Assembly: GCA_963796415.1 (NCBI GenBank)
Contig: CAWCLR010000012.1
Coordinates: 106,145 to 170,144, forward strand
DNA: 64,000 nt
Source: an uncultured Acidimicrobiales bacterium
GTDB lineage: Bacteria > Actinomycetota > Acidimicrobiia > Acidimicrobiales > VFJN01
Direction of reading: 5' to 3'
Shown: positions 44,890 to 52,121 of the stretch, one piece after another
How positions within the stretch are numbered: position 1 is the first letter of the stretch
Layout: each line of letters begins with the position of its first letter
Notes under the pieces: generated by a model
Database searches by the model: none
What the model was told of the DNA's origin: nothing
Seen by the model: only the letters and a program-made list of their open reading frames with translations
Program-made: the position numbers and the translations under genes

Positions 44890-46947
44890 TCAGGCCAGGC
44901 CGAGTGCGGTGGCGTCGTCGAGCGCCGTCGACGGCCCCGGGCCGGCGAGGTCGCTGCGGACCAGGGTGCGGTACAGCTCGGCGTAGAGCCCGCCCGCGGC
45001 CAGGAGGTCGCCGTGGGTGCCGCGCTCCACGATCCGCCCGCCGTCGAGGACGAGGATCTGGTCCGCGGTCGTGATCGTCGACAACCGGTGGGCGATGACG
45101 ATGCTCGTCCGCCCCGCCAGTGCCTCGGCCAGCGCCCGTTGGATGGCCGCCTCGTTCTCGCTGTCGAGCTGGCTGGTGGCCTCGTCGAGGATCACGACGG
45201 CCGGGTCCTTCAGCAGCATGCGGGCGATCGCCACCCGCTGCTTCTCGCCGCCCGACAGGCGGTAGCCGCGCTCGCCGACGAGCGTGTCGTAGCCCTCGGG
45301 CAGGGCCGCGATCACGTCGTGGATCTGCGCGGCGCGGGCCGCGGCGACCAGCTCGTCGTCGGTGGCGTCGGGCCGGGCGTAGCGGAGGTTGCTGCCGACC
45401 GTGTCGTGGAAGAGGTGGGGGTCCTGGGTGACGGCCCCGATGGCGGCGTGCAGCGAGTCCTGCGTGAGGTCCCGGACGTCGTGGCCGTCGACCCGCACCG
45501 CGCCGTCGGTCACGTCGTAGAGCCGGGGCACGAGCATCGACAGCGTTGTCTTCCCGCCACCCGACGGCCCGACCAACGCCACGAGCTGGCCGGGTTCGAT
45601 CACCGCGGACACGCCGTGCAGCACCTCGCGCGGCGTGGCGTATCCGTTGCGGCCATCGTCCTCGTGGCCGTCGCCGTCCCCGTGCTCGCCGTTCCCGTCC
45701 ACCGGCGACCTCGGCGCGCCGTCGACGCGGACCGGGCGGGCGATCCCGACGGTCGGGTCGAGCTCGAGCGTCGGCACGATGACCTGGTCGGGATACCTGA
45801 AGTGGATGTCGTCGAGCTCGATGCGCCCGCGCGGGTCGACCAGGTCGGCAGCGTCGGGCTTGTCGACCAGCGGGAGCGGCGCATCCAGCACCTCGAACAC
45901 ACGCTCGAACGACACCATGGCCGTGAGCAGGTCGACGTGCGCGTTGCTCAGGGCGGTCAGCGGCCCGTACAGGCGGGTCACGTAGGCGGCCAGCGCCACC
46001 AGCGTGCCGAGCGACAGCGTGCCGTTGATGACCTGGAGGCCCCCGACCCAGTAGACGGCGGCCGTGCCGATGGCCCCGACGAGCCCGAGGGCGATGAAGA
46101 AGGTGCGCCCGTAGAGGGCGGCCCGGATGCCGGTCCGGCGCACGCCGTCGGCGCGCTCGGCGAACGAGCGCTCCTCGTCCTCGGTCCGGCCGAACAGCTT
46201 GACCAGCAGGGCGCCCGACACGTTGAACCGCTCGGTCATCGTGGTGTTCATCGAGGCGTTGAGGTCCATCTGCGTGCGGGTGACCGCCTGCAGGCGACGC
46301 CCGACCCGCCGGGCGGGGAGGATGAACAGAGGCAGCACGACGAGCGACAGCAGCGTCAGCCGCCACTCGAGCAGGGCCATGGCGATGAGCGTCGTGACCA
46401 GGATGATGACGTTCGACGCCACCCCGCCGATCGTCGTGGTCAGGGCCCGCTGCGCTCCGATGACGTCGCTGTTGAGCCGGTTGGTCAGCGCCCCCGTCTG
46501 GGTCCGGGTGAAGAAGGAGATCGGCATGCGCTGCACGTGGCCGAACACGGCCACCCGCAGGTCGTAGATCACGCCCTCGCCGATGCGCGACGACAGCCAC
46601 CGCTCGACGATCGCCATGCCCGCGCTGCCCACCGCGGCGACGACCGCCACGGCGGCCAGCAGGTGGAGCTGCCCGCGCTCGCCCTCGTTGATGCCCTGCG
46701 GGATGGCCTCGTCGATGATCTGGCGGAAGATCAGCGGCGGGACGAGCTGGATCAGCGCGATCGCGATGATGACGGCCAGGTAGCCGACCAGCATCCAGCG
46801 GTAGGGCCGGGCGAACAGGAGGACCCGGCGGATGACGTTCCGGTCGAACTTCGCGTCGCCGAGCTGGCTGCGGTCGGCACCGAGCATGCCGGACGGACCC
46901 CCCATGCGCAGGGGCCCTCCTCCGGGGACTCGGGAAGCCATCGACAT
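44890..46947 (-). CDS. ABC exporter, fused permease/ATPase (MdlB/MsbA-like), with an acidic insertion in the NBD
   Basis: Six-TM exporter domain followed by an NBD (GPSGGGKTT, LSGGEKQR, VILDEATS). An extra segment, VDGAPRSPVDGNGEHGDGDGHEDDGRNG, precedes Walker A. Confidence 0.9.
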   Translation of the reverse strand: MSMASRVPGGGPLRMGGPSGMLGADRSQLGDAKFDRNVIRRVLLFARPYRWMLVGYLAVIIAIALIQLVPPLIFRQIIDEAIPQGINEGERGQLHLLAAVAVVAAVGSAGMAIVERWLSSRIGEGVIYDLRVAVFGHVQRMPISFFTRTQTGALTNRLNSDVIGAQRALTTTIGGVASNVIILVTTLIAMALLEWRLTLLSLVVLPLFILPARRVGRRLQAVTRTQMDLNASMNTTMTERFNVSGALLVKLFGRTEDEERSFAERADGVRRTGIRAALYGRTFFIALGLVGAIGTAAVYWVGGLQVINGTLSLGTLVALAAYVTRLYGPLTALSNAHVDLLTAMVSFERVFEVLDAPLPLVDKPDAADLVDPRGRIELDDIHFRYPDQVIVPTLELDPTVGIARPVRVDGAPRSPVDGNGEHGDGDGHEDDGRNGYATPREVLHGVSAVIEPGQLVALVGPSGGGKTTLSMLVPRLYDVTDGAVRVDGHDVRDLTQDSLHAAIGAVTQDPHLFHDTVGSNLRYARPDATDDELVAAARAAQIHDVIAALPEGYDTLVGERGYRLSGGEKQRVAIARMLLKDPAVVILDEATSQLDSENEAAIQRALAEALAGRTSIVIAHRLSTITTADQILVLDGGRIVERGTHGDLLAAGGLYAELYRTLVRSDLAGPGPSTALDDATALGLA

Positions 46948-46979
46948 GGCTCGGAGGGTACGGCCACATCGAGCGATTC

Positions 46980-47029
46980 CGTTCTGTCGTCTCTCACGGC
47001 GCGATCGCGCGGTGAGAGACGACAGAACG
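46980..47029. terminator. near-perfect 50-bp palindrome (18-bp arms CGTTCTGTCGTCTCTCAC / GTGAGAGACGACAGAACG around GGCGCGATCGCGCG)
   Basis: Read directly between the ABC exporter start and the amidase stop. Probably the terminator of the aminotransferase/amidase operon. Related to 51589-51638. Confidence 0.6.
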
Positions 47030-47035
47030 ATCGGG

Positions 47036-48988
47036 TCAGCGGTCGGCGAGGAAGGGCAGGGCCTTGCGGACCTCGGCGACGCGGTCGGCCGTGACGTCCG
47101 CCACCAGCAGCGCCTCGGTGCGCGCGCCCGTGGCCAGGGCCTCGCCCATCGGGTCGACGATGGCGCTGTCGCCCGCGTACTCGAGCGTGTCGCCCGAGCC
47201 CGAGCCGCCGGTGCCGACCCGGTTGCAGCCCACCACGTACGCCTGGTTCTCGATCGCCCGGGCCCGCAGCAGCGCCGACCAGTGGGCCCGGCGGGGCTCG
47301 GGCCAGTTGGCCACGCACAGGTAGAGGTCGGTCTGGGGCGCCACCGCCCACCACTCGTCGGCGAAGCGCAGGTCGTAGCAGACGAACAGGCTGACCCGCA
47401 GGCCCTCGAGGTCGACGGTGACCCGCTCGGACCCGGCGTCGAACGACCCGTCCTCGCCGCCGTAGGCGAACCGGTGGATCTTGCGGTAGCGGTGGACCGT
47501 GCCGTCGGGCCCGGCCAGCACGAGGGTGTTGCGCGGCCGGTCGCCCCCGTCGCCGACCTCGGGGCACGAGCCGCACACCCACACGCCGTTCGCCGCGGCC
47601 TGGGCGATCAGGAACTGCGACGACGGCCCGCCCTCGGGCTCGGCGATGACGTCGGTGCGCATCGAGAACCCGGTCGAGAACGTCTCGCTGAGCACGACCA
47701 GGCGGGCGCCGGTGGCGGCCGCCGAGGCGACCATCGGGGCGAGGCGGGCGAAGTTGGCGTCCTTGTCCTCCCAGACGATGTCGTGCTGGACCACGGCGAC
47801 CTTCATGGCGCTCCCTCCCCACCGCAGCTTGGCGAGCCGGGCGGCCGCCTCCTCCAGCACCTCGGGGCGCTTGGCGAACGAGAACCGCACCAGGTGCCGC
47901 CCGGTCGCCGGGTCCGCGTAGAACACCTGGTTGGGCACGGCCACGACGCCGCAGGCCCCGGGCAGCGCGTGGCAGAACGCCACACCGTCGCCGTCGGGAC
48001 GCAGCGGCCGGATGTCGACGGTCACGAAGTACGTGCCCTGCGGCCGGAACACCGTGAACCCCGCGGCGTCGAGCCCGGCGCACAGGACGTCGCGCTGGGC
48101 TGCGAGCTGGGCGGCCAGGCCGGTGAAGTACGCGTCCGGCAGCCCGAGGCCGACCGCGATGGCCGGCTGGAGCGGCCCCGCGTTGACGTAGGTCAGGAAC
48201 TGCTTGGCCGTGGTGACGGCGGTGACCAGCTCGGGCGGCCCGCAGATCCACCCCACCTTCCACCCGGTCGTGTTGAACGTCTTGCCGCCCGACGAGATGG
48301 TCAGCGTGCGCTCGCGCATCCCCGGCAGGGTGGCCAGCGGCACGTGGGCCATCCCATCGAAGGTCAGGTGCTCGTAGACCTCGTCGGTCACCACCACCAG
48401 GTCGTGCTCGCGGGCGACCGCGGCGATCGCTCCGAGCTCGTCGGGCGTGAGCACCGTGCCGGTGGGGTTGTGCGGCGAGTTGACGAGCAGCAGGCGGGTG
48501 CGGGGCGTGACCGCGGCGCGCAGGGCATCGACGTCGAGGCGGTAGTCGGGCGGGCGCAGCGTGACGAACACCGGTGTGGCCCCGGCCATGGCGATCGACG
48601 CCTGGTAGCTGTCGTAGGTGGGCTCGAGCACGACCACCTCGTCGCCCGTCTCGCACAGGGCCAGGCAGGCGGCCGCGATGGCCTCGGTGGCGCCCGCGGT
48701 GACGAGGACCTCGGTGTCGGGGTCGTGGACGAGCCCGTACCAGTGCCGCTGGTGGGCGACGATCGCCTCGCGCAGCTCGGGGACGCCCCGCCCCGGCGGG
48801 TACTGGTTGCGGCCCGAACGGATGGCGGCCACGGCGGCGTCGAGCACCTCGGGCGGGCCGTCGGTGTCGGGAAACCCCTGGCCGAGGTTGATGGCGCCCG
48901 TGCGCACGGCGAGCGCCGACATCTCGGCGAAGATCGTCGTGCCGAAGCCCTGCAGCCGGCTGGTGAGGTACGGGACGCGGTCGGACAT
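47036..48988 (-). CDS. class I/II aminotransferase (KAT/glutamine transaminase/DapC-like) and YafV/NIT2-like omega-amidase in one open frame
   Basis: ATG at 48988 (MSDRVPYLTSRLQGFGTTIF...SSGGKTFNTTGWKVGW PLP-Lys). From ATG 47806 there is a C-N hydrolase domain with an E-K-C triad context (LSETFSTG, RKIH, VCYDLRF). There is no stop between the domains. Confidence 0.85.
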   Translation of the reverse strand: MSDRVPYLTSRLQGFGTTIFAEMSALAVRTGAINLGQGFPDTDGPPEVLDAAVAAIRSGRNQYPPGRGVPELREAIVAHQRHWYGLVHDPDTEVLVTAGATEAIAAACLALCETGDEVVVLEPTYDSYQASIAMAGATPVFVTLRPPDYRLDVDALRAAVTPRTRLLLVNSPHNPTGTVLTPDELGAIAAVAREHDLVVVTDEVYEHLTFDGMAHVPLATLPGMRERTLTISSGGKTFNTTGWKVGWICGPPELVTAVTTAKQFLTYVNAGPLQPAIAVGLGLPDAYFTGLAAQLAAQRDVLCAGLDAAGFTVFRPQGTYFVTVDIRPLRPDGDGVAFCHALPGACGVVAVPNQVFYADPATGRHLVRFSFAKRPEVLEEAAARLAKLRWGGSAMKVAVVQHDIVWEDKDANFARLAPMVASAAATGARLVVLSETFSTGFSMRTDVIAEPEGGPSSQFLIAQAAANGVWVCGSCPEVGDGGDRPRNTLVLAGPDGTVHRYRKIHRFAYGGEDGSFDAGSERVTVDLEGLRVSLFVCYDLRFADEWWAVAPQTDLYLCVANWPEPRRAHWSALLRARAIENQAYVVGCNRVGTGGSGSGDTLEYAGDSAIVDPMGEALATGARTEALLVADVTADRVAEVRKALPFLADR

Positions 48989-49053
48989 GACCCGCCGAGC
49001 GTAGGTCAGCGCCACGACCTCACCCGGCCGTGGCGTATCGCTCGGCGTCGATG

Positions 49054-49476
49054 TCAACGAGGGTCGGCGGCCGCGGGGCAGCAGACCTCGAGCTCCATCC
49101 CGTCGGGGTCCCGGAAGAACAGCGACCACTCAGGGCCGAGCTGCTGGATCTCGCCGACCTCCTGCGCCCCGGCGGCGAGGAGGCGTTCCTTGACCGCCTC
49201 GAGCGTGGCGCGCGAGTCGACCGCGAGCGCGTAGTGGTCGATGGCGCCGCGGCCCCCCTGCCGGCGCCGCTCGCCGATGATCTCGTCCGCGGGGACCTCG
49301 AACACGTTGAGGGCGGACCCGCCACCGAGGTCGATCACCTTCATCCACGGATGGTCATCGCGCTTTGCGATCTCGAAGGTCACCTCGGCGTCGAAGGCCT
49401 GCTGGTAGAAGCCGATGGTCAGGTCCATGTCGGTCGTGAGGGTCGCCACGTGGTTGAAGCCGGTCGTGAGGGGCAC
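49054..49476 (-). CDS. VOC (glyoxalase/bleomycin resistance/dioxygenase) family protein
   Basis: 140 aa. FNHVATLTTDMD...FYQQAF, HYALAV, FFRDPDGMELEV. Confidence 0.85.
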   Translation of the reverse strand: MPLTTGFNHVATLTTDMDLTIGFYQQAFDAEVTFEIAKRDDHPWMKVIDLGGGSALNVFEVPADEIIGERRRQGGRGAIDHYALAVDSRATLEAVKERLLAAGAQEVGEIQQLGPEWSLFFRDPDGMELEVCCPAAADPR

Positions 49477-49489
49477 GGGGCGACGCTAT

Positions 49490-49509
49490 TCCGTTCGACT
49501 CCGTTCGAC
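49490..49509. repeat. tandem direct repeat TCCGTTCGAC x2 (plus partial GTTCG) in the VOC/ACAD divergent region
   Basis: Read directly, 14-33 nt upstream of the VOC start. Confidence 0.3.
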
Positions 49510-49546
49510 GTTCGCCGCGGTCGCTCGCCGTCATCGAGATAGGAGA

Positions 49547-49563
49547 CCTGACGGGGCGTCAGA
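49547..49563. promoter_or_regulatory. dyad CCTGAC-ggggc-GTCAGA (followed by TATC) just upstream of the ACAD start
   Basis: Identical half-sites and spacing recur at 56456-56472. TATCGT at 49564-49569 could be a -10 for a leaderless transcript starting near GTG 49577. Confidence 0.45.
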
Positions 49564-49576
49564 TATCGTCGTGGCC

Positions 49577-50782
49577 GTGGACCTGCGGGAGAGCGCTGAC
49601 GATCGGGCGTTTCGCGACGAGGTGCGCACCTTCCTCGAGGAGGGCCTGGCCGGCGACTTCGCCGTCGTGCGGGGCCGGGGCGGGCCCGGCGACGAGCACG
49701 CCCTGTTCGACGAGCGCCTGGCCTGGGAGCGCCACCTCGGCGCCCACGGCTGGACCTGCGTCGGCTGGCCCAAGGAGCACGGCGGCCGCGGGCTGTCGCT
49801 GCGCCAGCACGTCGTCTACTACGAGGAGTACGCCCGGGCGCAGGGCCCCGGACGCCTCGGCCACATCGGCGAGGGGCTGTTGGGTCCGACCGTGATCGCC
49901 TTCGGCTCGCCCGCGCAGCAGCAGCGCTTCCTGCCGCCGATCGTGGCGGGCGAGGAGCTGTGGTGCCAGGGCTACTCCGAGCCCGACGCGGGCAGCGACC
50001 TGGCCAACGTGGCCACCCGGGCCGAGCTCGACGACACGGGCCACTGGACCGTCCACGGCCAGAAGGTGTGGACCTCGCTCGCCCACTGGGCCGACTGGTG
50101 CTTCGTGCTCGCCCGCACGTCGCCGCCCGCCGACCCCCGGCGCAAGCACGACGGGCTGTCGTACCTGCTGGTGCCCATGCGCCAGGACGGCATCGACATC
50201 CGCCCCATCGTCCAGGTCACGGGCGACAGCGAGTTCAACGAGGTGTTCTTCGACGGCGCCCGCACCGACGCCGCCAACGTCGTGGGGGGCGAGGGCGAGG
50301 GCTGGAAGGTGGCGATGGGCACCCTCGCCTTCGAGCGCGGCGCGTCGACCCTCGGCCAGCAGCTCAACTTCCGCAACGAGCTCGACGCCATCACCGCCGT
50401 CGCCCGCCGCACCGGGGTGGCCGACGACCCGGTCATGCGGCAGCGGCTGGCCGGCGCCCACATCGGCCTCGAGATCATGCGCCTCAACGCGCTGCGCACG
50501 CTGTCGGGCACCGAGACCGGCGCGCTCGGCCGCGAGGCGATGATCGGCAAGCTCTACTGGGCCACGTTCCACCGGGGCCTCGGCGAGCTGGCCATGGACG
50601 TGCTGGGCGCCGCCGCCACCGTCATCGGCGAGGAGGGCGATCCGGCGGTGTACGACCCCGGCCCGCTGCAGCGGCTGTTCCTGTTCAGCCGATCGGACAC
50701 GATCTACGCCGGGTCGAACGAGATCCAGCGCAACATCATCGGCGAGCGGGCGCTCGGCCTGCCCAAGGAGCCGCAACCGTGA
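49577..50782 (+). CDS. acyl-CoA dehydrogenase
   Basis: VDLRESADDRAFRDEVRTFLEE..., WCQGYSEPDAGSDL, QKVWTSLAHWADW, IYAGSNEIQRNIIGER. The start is GTG 49577 or 49571. The upstream part of track ORF 49415.. is not used. Confidence 0.85.
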   Translation: MDLRESADDRAFRDEVRTFLEEGLAGDFAVVRGRGGPGDEHALFDERLAWERHLGAHGWTCVGWPKEHGGRGLSLRQHVVYYEEYARAQGPGRLGHIGEGLLGPTVIAFGSPAQQQRFLPPIVAGEELWCQGYSEPDAGSDLANVATRAELDDTGHWTVHGQKVWTSLAHWADWCFVLARTSPPADPRRKHDGLSYLLVPMRQDGIDIRPIVQVTGDSEFNEVFFDGARTDAANVVGGEGEGWKVAMGTLAFERGASTLGQQLNFRNELDAITAVARRTGVADDPVMRQRLAGAHIGLEIMRLNALRTLSGTETGALGREAMIGKLYWATFHRGLGELAMDVLGAAATVIGEEGDPAVYDPGPLQRLFLFSRSDTIYAGSNEIQRNIIGERALGLPKEPQP

Positions 50783-50791
50783 CAACTGATC

Positions 50792-51580
50792 GTGCCCACC
50801 GAGCCCGCGGGCCACGACCTGCTGGCCGGCAAGGTCGCCCTCGTCACCGCGGCCGCCGGCACCGGCATCGGCTCCGCCACCGCCCGCCGCCTGCTGGCCG
50901 AGGGGGCGACGGTGGTGGTCAGCGACGCCCACGAGCGCCGCCTGAAGGAGACCGCCGCCGCCCTGGCCGGCACGCCCCGCGCCGACGGGTCCGGCAGCGC
51001 CGAGCCGCTGGCCGTGGCCTGCGACGTCACCGACGAGGACCAGGTCCAGGCCCTCTTCGCCGCGGCGGTCGAGGCCCACGGCCGGCTCGACGTGGTGGTG
51101 AACAACGCCGGCCTCGGCGGCACCGCCGACATCGTCGACATGACCGACGAGCAGTGGGCCAAGGTCATCGACGTCACGCTCACCGGGACGTTGCGCTGCA
51201 CCCGGGCGGCGCTGCGCATCCTCGGCCCGCAGGGCTCGGGCGTGATCGTCAACAACGCCTCGGTCCTCGGCTGGCGGGCGCAGGCCGGGCAGGCGCACTA
51301 CGCGGCGGCCAAGGCGGGGGTCATGGGCCTGACCCGCAGCGCCGCCATCGAGGCGGCGCCGTTCGGCGTGCGGGTCAACGCGGTGGCGCCCAGCCTCGCC
51401 ATGCACCCGTTCCTGGCCAAGGTGACGAGCGACGAGCTGCTGGCCGAGCTGGCGCAGCGCGAGGCGTTCGGCCGGCCGGCCGAGCCGTGGGAGATCGCCA
51501 CGGTCATCGCCTTCCTCGCCAGCGACTACTCGACCTACATGACCGGCGAGGTCGTGAGCGTCAGCTCACAGCACCCCTGA
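50792..51580 (+). CDS. SDR family oxidoreductase
   Basis: TAAAGTGIGSA, NNAG and YAAAKAG motifs. 262 aa. Confidence 0.9.
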   Translation: MPTEPAGHDLLAGKVALVTAAAGTGIGSATARRLLAEGATVVVSDAHERRLKETAAALAGTPRADGSGSAEPLAVACDVTDEDQVQALFAAAVEAHGRLDVVVNNAGLGGTADIVDMTDEQWAKVIDVTLTGTLRCTRAALRILGPQGSGVIVNNASVLGWRAQAGQAHYAAAKAGVMGLTRSAAIEAAPFGVRVNAVAPSLAMHPFLAKVTSDELLAELAQREAFGRPAEPWEIATVIAFLASDYSTYMTGEVVSVSSQHP

Positions 51581-51588
51581 CCCCCTGC

Positions 51589-51638
51589 CGTTCTGTCAGA
51601 CCTCACCCGTCACATCGACGCTGAGGTCTGACGGAACG
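51589..51638. terminator. long hairpin (17-bp arms CGTTCTGTCAGACCTCA / TGAGGTCTGACGGAACG, 16-nt loop) between SDR and MaoC genes
   Basis: Read directly. One T/C arm difference (a G-U pair in RNA). It shares outer ends with 46980-47029. Confidence 0.5.
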
Positions 51639-51658
51639 ATCGAGACCCGGAGAAACCC

Positions 51659-52121
51659 ATGGCGCAGACGGTGTTCGAGTCGCTGGACGAGGTCCGGGCG
51701 GCGGTGGGGACGACGCTCGGCACGAGCGACTGGTTCGAGATCACCCAGGAGCGGGTGAACCAGTTCGCCGACGCCACCGGCGACCACCAGTGGATCCACG
51801 TCGACGTCGAGCGGGCGCACGCGGGAGTCGCCCTTCGGCGGCCCCATCTCCCACGGCTATCTGACCCTGTCGCTCACCAACCTCGTGCTCCCCGAGGTGC
51901 TGGAGGTCCGGGGGGTGTCGCTGGGCGTGAACTACGGGACCGGCAAGGTGCGGTTCCCCGCCCCGGTGCCCGTGGGCAGCCGGGTGCGGGGCACCGCCGA
52001 GCTCACCGCCTGCGACGAGATCGCCGGCGGCATCCAGACGACCATCGTCATCACGCTGGAGGTCGAGGGCGGGACCAAGCCCGCCTGCGTCGTCGAGTCG
52101 CTCAGCCGCTGGCTGGCCTGA
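51659..52121 (+). pseudogene. MaoC-like (R)-specific enoyl-CoA hydratase, one frame break near 51821-51830
   Basis: The N-terminus ...FADATGDHQWIHVDVERAHAG (ORF 51659..) continues as SPFGGPISHGYLTLSL...VNYGTGKVRFPAPV in the frame of ORF 51885..52121. Confidence 0.8.
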
